Part shown: in pieces, positions 18,740 through 27,176 of the stretch
Layout of the letters: each line of letters begins with the position of its first letter
Position numbering within the stretch: the first letter of the stretch is position 1
Assembly (NCBI GenBank): GCA_041688155.1
Contig: JBDNIW010000001.1
Location: 7,319 to 71,318 of the forward strand
From: Minisyncoccota bacterium
Lineage (GTDB): Bacteria > Patescibacteriota > Minisyncoccia > Phycocordibacterales > UBA918
Reading direction: 5' to 3'
DNA length: 64,000 nucleotides
Made by a program: the position numbers and the translations under genes
The notes under the pieces: model-generated
Database searches by the model: none
Seen by the model: only the letters and a program-made list of their open reading frames with translations
What the model was told of the DNA's origin: nothing

Positions 18740-19210
18740 ATGGAACCAGCACTTCGCTCTATAACTTGGGAAGCGCCCCAGCACCATCATGTCGAGAAAG
18801 GGAACGACTGGTTTTTTGCGTTGACGATTGTCATTATTGCGCTCGTGGTGGTGGCTGTGTTGTTTGACAACGTATTGTTTGCGCTGTTGATTGGGCTGTC
18901 TGGGGGAGCACTGGCGGTCTCAGCTGCCAAACGCCCAATGATCATCCCCTACGCCATCACCGTTCGGGGGATCCGGATTGAAGATCGTCTGTATCCGTTT
19001 TCTACGCTCGATTCGTACCACATCGATGAAGAAGATCCCCGTGGTCCGCAACTGCTGGTCAAATCTGAAAAAAAGCTGATGCCGCTGATTGTCATGCCGA
19101 TCCCGGCAGAACATATCGACGAGATTGAAGACATTCTCAAAGAACGATTAGTAGAAGAAGAACTTATCGAGCCATTTTTTGTTAAAGTCCTAGAGTTGTT
19201 TGGGTTGTAA
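18740..19210 (+). CDS. hypothetical membrane protein (two TM helices)
   Basis: 156-aa ORF with a hydrophobic core ALTIVIIALVVVAVLFDNVLFALLIGLSGGALAV; no domain recognised. Confidence 0.4.
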   Translation: MEPALRSITWEAPQHHHVEKGNDWFFALTIVIIALVVVAVLFDNVLFALLIGLSGGALAVSAAKRPMIIPYAITVRGIRIEDRLYPFSTLDSYHIDEEDPRGPQLLVKSEKKLMPLIVMPIPAEHIDEIEDILKERLVEEELIEPFFVKVLELFGL

Positions 19211-19297
19211 ATCAAATAGGGCCAGTGTCGACTAGTGCGTATTACAATGTAGAGGTTTGGTAATATATCTTTTTATGCTATATTCTTTGCCGTAAAG

Positions 19298-19369
19298 GCT
19301 CCCATAGTTTAACGGATAAAACACCGGTTTGCGGAATCGGAACTCCAGGTTCGATTCCTGGTGGGAGCA
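19298..19369 (+). tRNA. tRNA with anticodon GCG (Arg) by hand fold
   Basis: Acceptor GCTCCCA/TGGGAGC, D-arm GTTT..AAAC, anticodon stem CCGGT/ATCGG with loop TTGCGGA, T-arm CCAGGTTCGATTCCTGG. The GCG anticodon is unusual for bacteria, so the isotype call is tentative. Confidence 0.6.
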
Positions 19370-19370
19370 C

Positions 19371-19417
19371 GAGTACAAAAAAGAGCACACGCTAGTGTGC
19401 CTTTTTTGTTCGTACTC
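19371..19417 (+). terminator. rho-independent terminator after the tRNA
   Basis: gagtacaaaaaagagcacac-gcta-gtgtgccttttttgttcgtactc extended palindrome with a T-run. Confidence 0.65.
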
Positions 19418-19595
19418 CCAAGAAAGCGGAGCTTTCGCCCAGGAATCCAAGAGATGGAATATAGCGCACGCAGCGAAGCGAGTACGATATGACATCTGTA
19501 CCGTTCATGTAATGAAAGATAGCCTAGTGGGAGTACAGGCAAGGATTTCAGCTGAATTCGCGCCGCTTTTGTACCCATGCTAAACTAGCTACACT

Positions 19596-20351
19596 ATGCG
19601 TATACTTGGGATTGATTTTGGGACTAAAAAAGTGGGGTTGGCGTTAACCGATGAGTCAGGATCGATGGCGTTTCCTCACAGTGTCATCCCAAACGACGCG
19701 GTGTTGCTTTCGACGGTCGTTGACCTGATTGCCGAGCAGCAGGTCACAGCAATCGTTATGGGGCACTCGCTTAATCTCGATGGTACTCCCAACGCGGTAC
19801 AGGCCCACATTGAAATGTTTATCGCTGACCTGACTGTACGGGTACCAATTCCGATTCATCTGGAGCCAGAGCAGCTCACCAGTAGGCAGGCCGCGACTAC
19901 AACTGGCCGTAATACGCAAACTGACGCAGCTGCTGCCGCTTTGATACTAGAAAGTTATCTCGCTAAACAAAAAAATATGCCCGTGCAATTAGCACTAGAC
20001 GAAGCGGTGGTGAAGATATCAAATGAAATCTCGTTTGAGCAATTCTCTGCGGTAGAAATTAGACTGGGGACGATCATAGCCGTAGAAATAGTCGAAGCTG
20101 CGGACAAACTCCTCAAACTGACAGTTGACCTGGGTGAACCTGAACCGCGGCAAATCGTGTCAGGCATCCGCGAGTACTACCCAGATGCACAAGTGTTGGT
20201 CGGGCTGCAGTGTCCGTTTATTGCCAACCTAGCACCGCGCCAGATCAAAGGCTTTGTCAGTCAGGGTATGATCCTCGCTGGTGCAGTTGACGACACGTTT
20301 GCGTTACTCAACCCATCGACACACCTGCCAGCTGGTACTCGTCTCTATTAA
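19596..20351 (+). CDS. ruvX: fusion protein: RuvX/YqgF (pre-16S rRNA nuclease / Holliday-junction-resolvase-like) with a C-terminal tRNA-binding OB domain (CsaA/Trbp111/Myf-like)
   Basis: N-terminal MRILGIDFGTKKVGLA, GHSLNLDGT and DAAAAALILESY match RuvX motifs. The C-terminal IRLGTIIAVEIVEAADKLLKLTVDLGEPEPRQIVSGIREYY...GFVSQGMILA matches the tRNA_bind (EMAP/CsaA) domain. 251 aa. Confidence 0.7.
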   Translation: MRILGIDFGTKKVGLALTDESGSMAFPHSVIPNDAVLLSTVVDLIAEQQVTAIVMGHSLNLDGTPNAVQAHIEMFIADLTVRVPIPIHLEPEQLTSRQAATTTGRNTQTDAAAAALILESYLAKQKNMPVQLALDEAVVKISNEISFEQFSAVEIRLGTIIAVEIVEAADKLLKLTVDLGEPEPRQIVSGIREYYPDAQVLVGLQCPFIANLAPRQIKGFVSQGMILAGAVDDTFALLNPSTHLPAGTRLY

Positions 20352-20352
20352 T

Positions 20353-20964
20353 ATGAATGAACCATCAGTTCTTGATACCCAGGTTGAGAAAGTGCTCAAT
20401 ACCAGGACAGTCACCCGGGCGCAGTCACTGATGCAATCTCGCTCGGGTTTGTGGCTGATTGTCATCGTTTCTTTTATTGAGTCAGCGTTACCTCTGCCAA
20501 TCATTACCGACCCTTTTATGGTGGCCGGTATATTAGCCAACCGCAGCCGGGCGGCTTTGATTGTGGGTATTACGCTAGTCACGTCGGTGCTAGGTGGGGT
20601 GGTCGCGTTTATCATGGCTCGCTACTTTTTTAATCTACTTGAAGCCATGATGACTAGCAACATGCTGGCTCAGTTTCAAACTTTGATTGCGATGGATTCT
20701 TCCAACACCCTAGTGGTAACACTCGTTGGTGCCGTTACTCCAATTCCGTACACCGTTACAGCTTGGGTGGTTGCGGTTGGGGAGGGTAGCCTAATACTGT
20801 TTATCGTCGCGTCAATTATTGGTCGGGGGATTAGGTATAGCATCGTTGGAGTGTGTACGTACTGGTTTGGTTTGCGTGCGCTGACCTATGCCCGTCGCTC
20901 GCTGGGAGTTACCTCAGTGGTGTTAGCTGGGCTAGTGGTCGCCTACGTCTGGTACAAACTGTGA
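20353..20964 (+). CDS. DedA/YqaA-family (VTT domain) membrane protein
   Basis: LWLIVIVSFIESALPLPIITDPFMVAGIL matches the DedA core. The start is moved to the Met at 20353, which follows the stop of the upstream gene. Confidence 0.55.
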   Translation: MNEPSVLDTQVEKVLNTRTVTRAQSLMQSRSGLWLIVIVSFIESALPLPIITDPFMVAGILANRSRAALIVGITLVTSVLGGVVAFIMARYFFNLLEAMMTSNMLAQFQTLIAMDSSNTLVVTLVGAVTPIPYTVTAWVVAVGEGSLILFIVASIIGRGIRYSIVGVCTYWFGLRALTYARRSLGVTSVVLAGLVVAYVWYKL

Positions 20965-21016
20965 GTTGTAGCTACTGCGTTGTGGTTAGAGAACGCGTAT
21001 ACTGTCGTCACACACC

Positions 21017-22105
21017 ATGTTCACCAAGCTGTTCACCCCTTCAGTACCTCCATACATAAAACTCCCGAGCATCGGGTTGGATATTTCTGACACGTCTTTG
21101 AAATACGTGTCACTCGAACCAGCACAAGCAGGGCAGTACTCACTTGAAAACTGGGGAGACATCACCATTCCAAATGACGTGCTGCACCGAGGAGAGGTCA
21201 TAGATATCAAACAACTCACCACGGTACTAGCAGAATGCAAAGCAAAAACAGGAGCAGAGTTTGTACGGGTGTCACTGCCAGAAGAACGAGCGTATCTGTT
21301 TGAAACTGAAATCAAACGCAGCACTCCGATGAAAGAATTGCGCAGCCTGCTCGAATTTCGCTTGGCCGAAAATGTTCCGATCCCCGCTCGCGACGTGTTT
21401 TTTGATTACGCAATCCTACCGTTCTCGAGTGAGACAGACCGGACGATGCACGTGGCCGTGACCGCCTATACTAAAGAAACCGTGCAGGCGTACTACGAGG
21501 CGTGTCTCGCCGCAGGGCTACAACCGTTGGCATTTGAAGTCGAGGCACAAGCCATGGCGCGCGCCGTTATACCGGCAGACATAGAAGGAGCGGTGATGCT
21601 GGTTGATTTTGGTAAAACCCGAACTGGGATTGGTATCGTTTATAAAAACACGCTGCTCTATACTTCAACCATCGATATTGGTGGAGATCAGCTGTCGACG
21701 GCACTGCGTAAACAATTAGGTAATAAAACCGAAAAGGAGTTAACGCACTTAAAGAATACTGAAGGACTCATATGTGGTGCCGAGTCATCGCAGGTGCACG
21801 ATGCGGTGATCACAACCATGTCAGTCATCAAAGACGAACTCGCGACGCGGATTCAGTACTGGCACGTCCGGACTGGCTCCGAAGAAAAACGTCGCCTGCA
21901 AAAGATAATTCTGTGTGGTGGTAGTGCAAACCTCAAGGGTTTGCCGGCATACCTCGCTGAGTCACTTGGTATAGAAATCGAGTTGGGTAATGTCTGGACA
22001 AATACTTTTTCGTTGGATGAATTTATTCCTCCGATTGACCAGCGGCACTCGTACGGATACGCCACCGCGGTGGGTCTTGCTCTAGCTTCCGATATACATA
22101 TATGA
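21017..22105 (+). CDS. pilM: type IV pilus assembly protein PilM (actin-like ATPase fold)
   Basis: IGLDISDTSLKYVSL N-terminal motif; 362 aa; followed by pilN and pilO with 4-bp overlaps. Confidence 0.75.
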   Translation: MFTKLFTPSVPPYIKLPSIGLDISDTSLKYVSLEPAQAGQYSLENWGDITIPNDVLHRGEVIDIKQLTTVLAECKAKTGAEFVRVSLPEERAYLFETEIKRSTPMKELRSLLEFRLAENVPIPARDVFFDYAILPFSSETDRTMHVAVTAYTKETVQAYYEACLAAGLQPLAFEVEAQAMARAVIPADIEGAVMLVDFGKTRTGIGIVYKNTLLYTSTIDIGGDQLSTALRKQLGNKTEKELTHLKNTEGLICGAESSQVHDAVITTMSVIKDELATRIQYWHVRTGSEEKRRLQKIILCGGSANLKGLPAYLAESLGIEIELGNVWTNTFSLDEFIPPIDQRHSYGYATAVGLALASDIHI

Positions 22106-22644
22106 CCAATCTCATTCCCCCAGAAGCAAAAACTGAACTTGTCCGACTGTATTGGATCCGGATGGTGAGTGTGTGGGCGCTGCTCTGGTCGGTGTTATTG
22201 TTGGTGGGTGCGCTGCTACTGTACCCAACGTATCTGTTGTTAACTGGAACCAGTGCAGCTTATGTTGAGACGGTTGCATCAGTATCAGAACGAACTGAGG
22301 TGTTTGACCTAATGGTTGAGGATCTCAATCGTTCCAGCCAAGAAGCAAAAACAATTGTTCAAGCTGCAGGCAAAGTGTCTTTATCTACATTGTTGCAAGA
22401 CATGTGGTCGGTTAACGGAGGGGGTATTGATATTGTGGGTGTGCAAATGGCTCGAGACGTCGATGGTATTACCCCGATTGGAATAACCGGTGAGGCCGTT
22501 GACCGCCAGTCGCTGGCACTGTTTCGCGATAGACTCGAGGCTCTACCTTATGTCACCAAAGTAAATCTACCGATTGAAAATCTAGCGGAGAATCAAGACA
22601 TTACTTTTAGCATCCTGGTTACCATTAACTCTGACAATCTATGA
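22102..22644 (+). CDS. pilN: type IV pilus assembly protein PilN
   Basis: Single N-terminal TM helix then a periplasmic domain; position and size (180 aa) fit PilN. Confidence 0.6.
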   Translation: MTNLIPPEAKTELVRLYWIRMVSVWALLWSVLLLVGALLLYPTYLLLTGTSAAYVETVASVSERTEVFDLMVEDLNRSSQEAKTIVQAAGKVSLSTLLQDMWSVNGGGIDIVGVQMARDVDGITPIGITGEAVDRQSLALFRDRLEALPYVTKVNLPIENLAENQDITFSILVTINSDNL

Positions 22645-23171
22645 TCAGCCAAAAAACAAAACGTGTCGCGGTGTTGTCTGGAGTGGTTTTTGTAGGGATG
22701 TGTGTCTTTGTCGCTTTTGCAGTCCGCATGATTATGCTGGAATCAGTAGTTTTGTCAGAACAGGTCGCCGCCATTGCGGTCGACCAATCCCAGCAAGTGG
22801 CGTTCACTCGCCTAGAGAAACTAGTGCAAGCAACAGCGGGTGAGCGGTCTGAGCTTCGATCATTTTTCTTAGAGTCTCAGTCAGATAGTATTGATTTTTT
22901 GAACTATATTGAACAGCTTGCAACCGAACGTGGAGTTGCGCTTGAGACAACTAATCCAAAAGAGATTGAGGTCGAAGGTAAAACCTTCCTCTCGGTAGAG
23001 TATTCACTGGAGGGTAGTCTAGGTCAAGTTGAAGGATTTATTCAGTTGCTGGAAAATATCCCGTACGTATCACAACTGACAGCGGTACAGCTTAGGCGCG
23101 GGTCAAGTTTGGTGTGGCAGGCTGATATTATCATTGACGTAGCTGTTTTAACTTATGAACCAATCCTCTAA
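22641..23171 (+). CDS. pilO: type IV pilus assembly protein PilO
   Basis: N-terminal TM helix, coiled-coil region; 176 aa; operon position. Confidence 0.55.
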   Translation: MISQKTKRVAVLSGVVFVGMCVFVAFAVRMIMLESVVLSEQVAAIAVDQSQQVAFTRLEKLVQATAGERSELRSFFLESQSDSIDFLNYIEQLATERGVALETTNPKEIEVEGKTFLSVEYSLEGSLGQVEGFIQLLENIPYVSQLTAVQLRRGSSLVWQADIIIDVAVLTYEPIL

Positions 23172-23616
23172 ACAACTCAAAGCGATGGCACATAGGCTAT
23201 TTACAGCCCGGCCCGGAGTAGCACTAGTCAAAACGCTACACCCCAAACGAGACTGGATGGTTGGGCTGCTGGTAGGTATTTGCATCGCAACCACTATTGT
23301 TGGTTGGAGCAGGTACACGTACGTAGTAAATCGTGACGGTGGTACAACAAACCAAGAAATAGAGATTGCCAACCCAACCTATAAGGCAGTATTGGTTGAC
23401 CAAGCTCTGACAATTTTTCAAACCCGAGCAGCTAATTTTGTAAACACTGATCTACCAACGGTAGCTCCTATTGAGGCACCAATGGTTGAGCTGGAAACTG
23501 GGACTTCTTCTGCCATTACACCGGTCGATACGCAAAACCAAGAGCTGCAGATAGAAACAGTTGAGTCGCCAGTAGAGCAAGAGCAGATTTCAGAAACTCC
23601 AACGCTAAGTTGGTAG
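23155..23616 (+). CDS. hypothetical pilus-operon protein (PilP-like position) with a TM helix
   Basis: Overlaps the end of pilO; TM segment VGLLVGICIATTIVGW; 153 aa. Confidence 0.4.
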   Translation: MNQSSKQLKAMAHRLFTARPGVALVKTLHPKRDWMVGLLVGICIATTIVGWSRYTYVVNRDGGTTNQEIEIANPTYKAVLVDQALTIFQTRAANFVNTDLPTVAPIEAPMVELETGTSSAITPVDTQNQELQIETVESPVEQEQISETPTLSW

Positions 23617-23619
23617 TTG

Positions 23620-24035
23620 GTGTCCCCACTAGGAGTCGGTCACCTTCACAGCAATAGTTTGTTCGACTGGTGGTCTCTAAACTATTGTGCTACGCGACCC
23701 CGCCGCTCGTAACGTCCTCCCTGCGGTCCGGGCGATGTACTCGCTCTTTTCGACTCCTAGCCGAAAGCGTTGCTTTCTTGGAGACACGAACAAAAATGGC
23801 ACACTCACGTGTGCCATTTTTGTACTCGTGTCCCCACTAGGAGTCGGTCACCTGCGCAGCAATAGTTTGTTCGACCGGTGGTCTCCAACCTATTGTGCTA
23901 CGCGACCCCGCCGCTCGTAACGTCCTCCCTGTGGTCCGGGCGATAAACTCGCTCTTTTCGACTCCTAGCCGAAAGCGCTGCTTTCTTGGAGGCACGAACA
24001 AAAATGGCACACTCACGTGTGCCATTTTTGTACTC
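23620..24035. repeat. two tandem ~208-bp non-coding units (E1 23620..23827, E2 23828..24035) downstream of tRNA-Arg(TCT)
   Basis: Each unit begins (plus strand) with cgtgtccccactaggagtcg, the reverse complement of the tRNA-Arg T-loop half plus the acceptor 3' strand. It then carries a conserved ~125-nt core and ends with a terminator hairpin gaacaaaaatggcacac-tcac-gtgtgccatttttgtactcg. The units are ~92% identical. Confidence 0.85.
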
Positions 24036-24107
24036 GTGTCCCCACTAGGAGTCGAACCCAGATCAAAAGGATAGAAGCCTCTCGTTTTATCCATTAAACT
24101 ATAGGGA
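24036..24107 (-). tRNA. tRNA-Arg (anticodon TCT)
   Basis: Acceptor GTCCCTA/TGGGGAC, D-arm GTTT..AAAC, anticodon stem AGAGG/CCTTT with loop CTTCTAT, T-arm CTGGGTTCGACTCCTAG. Confidence 0.8.
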
Positions 24108-24460
24108 CAAATAACGGTAGCGTTATTTGTACTGAGTACAATACCAGAAATTAAGCAGAGAGAAAGCAGAAGAAGCGCGCTCTGATACAAGTATCAATAT
24201 GAGCGCGCTTTAGGGGCGTTTTCTCAGTTGGTTAAAACATAGCCCAATCAGTGAAAACGACAGTGTCTGGTTCTGGTGGCAGCGGTGGGTCTGCTGGATC
24301 CGGGACGGAACTTGGAGCTGCGGGTTGCTCTACCTCGACTGCGGGTGGTTTTGGCTGTTCCATAACAGCGCTCCTGTGCTTGGCGCTACGTTGTACGTAG
24401 CATACTCGTAAAATACGTTTGCAGACGCACCTCGTCAATTGAGTTATAAACAGTTGATTA

Positions 24461-25138
24461 TTATTTGGTCGGGTCGGTAATTGGAATCAGGATTTCATTC
24501 CGCCTAGTCAGTGGCATTGAGAGTGGGGGATTGTATTGCGCTACCTGGGCTGGGGCGCTGATGATGTAGCCGTCAGTGGTAATAAGTTCTTCGAGTAGAG
24601 CTTTTTTTGCCTCAACGCGACTCTCTGTTGCATACCAAGTAAACCTCAGCGCAGCGACCGTTGTAGCCGACACTTCTCGCAGGGTGACTTGTGGATTATT
24701 TGGAGTTGGGAGGGTATCTAGAGTATATTTTGACGGTAAGACAAACGACACGTTCCGGTTCAGCGACTCTCCAACCGTGGTTGCAACCGGCACGGTCATG
24801 GCGATCTTTTCGGATGTTGTTTCAAGAACAGGGGCAGTCATTGAAATACTGGTTTTGCTCGTATTGTTCCCAAAAATATAATCAGCGATTAATCTAAACC
24901 CACCACCAAGTGCCTCTTGATACGTACCAGTGATTTCGGTTTCGGCCACGATGTACGAATCGTACTGGCGGATCTCGTAGCCCACCCGTCGCTCCAGCAC
25001 AGTGTACGAGGGCTCTTCTATATTCCTAATAGCAAGGTAGCTGCCAATGGTCCACAGGGCAAGCGCAGCGAGTAGTCCAAATGCGAGGTAGTACATGTCA
25101 GTAGTGTACGCCTGTGCAACCCAAAAGAAAACCCGCAA
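24461..25138 (-). CDS. SOUL/HBP-family heme-binding protein, membrane-anchored
   Basis: YEIRQYDSYIVAETEI...GGFRLIADYIFGNN...MTAPV...FVLP pattern typical of the SOUL heme-binding family; N-terminal TM helix. Confidence 0.55.
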   Translation of the reverse strand: MRVFFWVAQAYTTDMYYLAFGLLAALALWTIGSYLAIRNIEEPSYTVLERRVGYEIRQYDSYIVAETEITGTYQEALGGGFRLIADYIFGNNTSKTSISMTAPVLETTSEKIAMTVPVATTVGESLNRNVSFVLPSKYTLDTLPTPNNPQVTLREVSATTVAALRFTWYATESRVEAKKALLEELITTDGYIISAPAQVAQYNPPLSMPLTRRNEILIPITDPTK

Positions 25139-25151
25139 GCGGGTTTATTCT

Positions 25152-25300
25152 GTGCGCGCAAAGAGACTCGGCCACCTTCGCATCAATTCTTTGTTCGACC
25201 GACGGTCTCCAAACTATTGTGCTACTCGACCCCGCCGCTCGCAGACGTCCTCCCTGCGGTCCGGGCGATATACTCGCTCTTTTCGAGTCTCTACGGAAGT
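25152..25300. repeat. element E3: tRNA-Val-3'-end mimic plus the conserved ~125-nt core (same family as E1/E2)
   Basis: Starts gtgcgcgcaaagagactcgg (compare the tRNA-Val acceptor 3' strand and T-stem). The core ggccaccttcgcatcaat...gtcctccctgcggtccgggcgatatactcgctcttttcgag is about 85% identical to the E1/E2 cores. Confidence 0.8.
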
Positions 25301-25527
25301 AAAACAATGCTCATCTGAATTCGGAGTACCTCGTGGTCACGAATCGCAAACTATAATCCTGGATTTTATGCAGATTCTAGAAAGCGTTCTCGACCCCGAC
25401 TCGACTGTTTTCTCCCTTGGAAAGGGGAGAAAGACATGTCTCCGTCTCGCACCAAGGCACAGGACTGAAACTTTTCAGTCCCTAAAACCAAACACGTCTC
25501 ACATGAGACGTGTTTTGTTTTACCTTG

Positions 25528-25747
25528 GTGCGCGCTCTGAGACCCGGTCACCTTCGCATCAATATTTCGTTCGACCTACGGTCTCCAAACTATTGTGCTA
25601 CGCGACCCCGACACTCGAATCGTCCTCCCTGCGGTCCGGGCGATATACTCGCTCTTTTCGAGTCTCTACGGAAGTAACTTTGGTTACTTCCTCAGCGCGC
25701 ACGAATAAAAATTGCCCACACTGCGTGTGGGCTAATTTTTATACTCG
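25528..25747. repeat. element E4: tRNA-Val-3'-end mimic plus conserved core plus terminator hairpin, directly abutting tRNA-Val
   Basis: gtgcgcgctctgagacccgg, then the core, then the hairpin cgaataaaaattgcccacac-tgcg-tgtgggctaatttttatactcg. Confidence 0.8.
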
Positions 25748-25820
25748 TGCGCGCTGAGAGACTCGAACTCCCGACATCTTCAGTGTAAATGAAGCGCTCT
25801 ACCAACTGAGCTAAGCGCGC
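25748..25820 (-). tRNA. tRNA-Val (anticodon TAC)
   Basis: Acceptor GCGCGCT/AGCGCGC, D-arm AGCTCAGTTGGTAGAGC, anticodon stem CTTCA/TGAAG with loop TTTACAC, T-arm TCGGGAGTTCGAGTCTCTCA. Confidence 0.85.
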
Positions 25821-26162
25821 GAATTAGGTTGGATGCAAATACTGCTCGTGAGCGGATATTTGTAGGCACTATCGTACCTAATTTTGGAGAAAAGACAAGC
25901 GGCCTACCTTTTGAGGGTAGGCCGCAGAGCGGTCATTTCATCGCTTGACCGCTTGTGGTGGTTGACGTCGACACACACCAACATTCCTGTCCTTGACGGT
26001 TTTCCCCCGCTTGGGTTTTGGTTGCTCTTCACGCACTGCAGCAGCTTGCTTTTTTGCTGCTCTATCGGCGTCGTCTGGAGTCCAGTCTTTAGGCATACGC
26101 GTATCGCTCCTCTGTTTGTACTAAGTTACTATTTGTCTCTTTATAATTCGTTTTGCAAAAAA

Positions 26163-26456
26163 ATGCAAGGTATACTGCTGCGTATGATTAGAATGGAAGC
26201 TATTATTAGTGGGGAGGTGCAGAATGTTCGGTATCGGGTGTTTGTGCAGGATGCGGCTACCCAGCTGGATCTGGTTGGGTTGGTGAAAAATCTACCCAAC
26301 GGCACGGTGCGAGTGGTGGCGGAGGGACCGCCTGATGTCCTCAAAGCATTAGTCGAATATCTGCACGAAGGGTCGCTGCAGGCCAAGGTTGATAGTGTCG
26401 CTATCGAATGGCAGACCGCCACCAGAACTTTTGACGAGTTCTCTGTGTTACAGTAG
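26163..26456 (+). CDS. acyP: acylphosphatase
   Basis: Signature ISGEVQNVRYRVF (the V.G.VQGV.FR motif) and LVGLVKNLPNGTV. The listed ORF (from 25884) is over-extended; the start is moved to an internal Met at 26163 (alternatives at 26184 and 26193). Confidence 0.7.
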   Translation: MQGILLRMIRMEAIISGEVQNVRYRVFVQDAATQLDLVGLVKNLPNGTVRVVAEGPPDVLKALVEYLHEGSLQAKVDSVAIEWQTATRTFDEFSVLQ

Positions 26457-26468
26457 GCAACAATTACT

Positions 26469-27176
26469 ATGGCAGAACAAAAATTACCACAGTGTCTCGG
26501 GTTCATTATGGATGGGAATCGTCGCTGGGCGACCGACCAAGACCTGCCTACCTACGAAGGCCACAAGCAAGGCGGTGAAGTTCTGCGGACCTGTATGGAA
26601 TGGCTGCGCGAGGCCGGTATCCCGCACGCGGTGTTCTACGCGTTCTCGACTGAGAATTGGAACCGCCCCGAAGCGGAGGTGACGTACCTGATGGATCTGT
26701 TCCGTCAGTGGCTGACAGAAATAAACGACAAAATCCATGGAGAAGGTGTGCCTGATCGCGAACGGATCAAAGTGCGTCTGGTCGGCCGCCGGGAAGATTT
26801 TGCTCCTGATATTGTGGAGCAGATGAATCGACTCGAAGCGGAGAGTCTGGAATACACAAAAGCCACTACTACTGTCTGGATTGCGTTGTCATACGGTGGA
26901 CGGGCGGAAATAGTCGCTGCGGTCAATCAAGCAATAACCAATGGTGAGCCGGTAGACGAAGCCTCGTTTGAGGCGCTGCTGCAAACCGCTGACATGCCCG
27001 ACCCGGACCTGATTATCCGTACTAGCGGTGAACAACGACTATCAAATTTTATGACGTGGAAATCGGTGTACAGCGAACTGTATTTTATCAAAAAACATTG
27101 GCCAGCATTGACTCGGGACGATTTTAACGACATACTCGACGAATATGGCAGACGCATCCGCCGCAATGGCAAATAA
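26469..27176 (+). CDS. uppS: undecaprenyl-diphosphate synthase (cis-isoprenyl transferase)
   Basis: GFIMDGNRRWA and FSTENW..RP motifs; 235 aa. Confidence 0.88.
   Translation: MAEQKLPQCLGFIMDGNRRWATDQDLPTYEGHKQGGEVLRTCMEWLREAGIPHAVFYAFSTENWNRPEAEVTYLMDLFRQWLTEINDKIHGEGVPDRERIKVRLVGRREDFAPDIVEQMNRLEAESLEYTKATTTVWIALSYGGRAEIVAAVNQAITNGEPVDEASFEALLQTADMPDPDLIIRTSGEQRLSNFMTWKSVYSELYFIKKHWPALTRDDFNDILDEYGRRIRRNGK

Noticed and set aside
19232-19583. Three overlapping small ORFs (19232..19495 -, 19309..19578 -, 19329..19583 +)
   Set aside because: They cover the tRNA at 19298..19369 and its terminator/hairpin trailer; no Shine-Dalgarno is present and they mutually overlap.
23687-25757. ORFs 23687..23920 (77 aa) and 25095..25757 (220 aa) spanning the tRNA-linked repeat units
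   Set aside because: The repeat copies are read in different frames from copy to copy (unit lengths are not multiples of 3, and there are indels inside the core). The sequence is therefore non-coding; the ORFs are repeat read-through artefacts.
25884-26162. First 93 codons of ORF 25884..26456
   Set aside because: The acylphosphatase fold accounts only for the last ~90 aa. The upstream part overlaps the tRNA-Val trailer/hairpin region and has an odd composition (W/L/F/C-rich), so it is probably non-coding.
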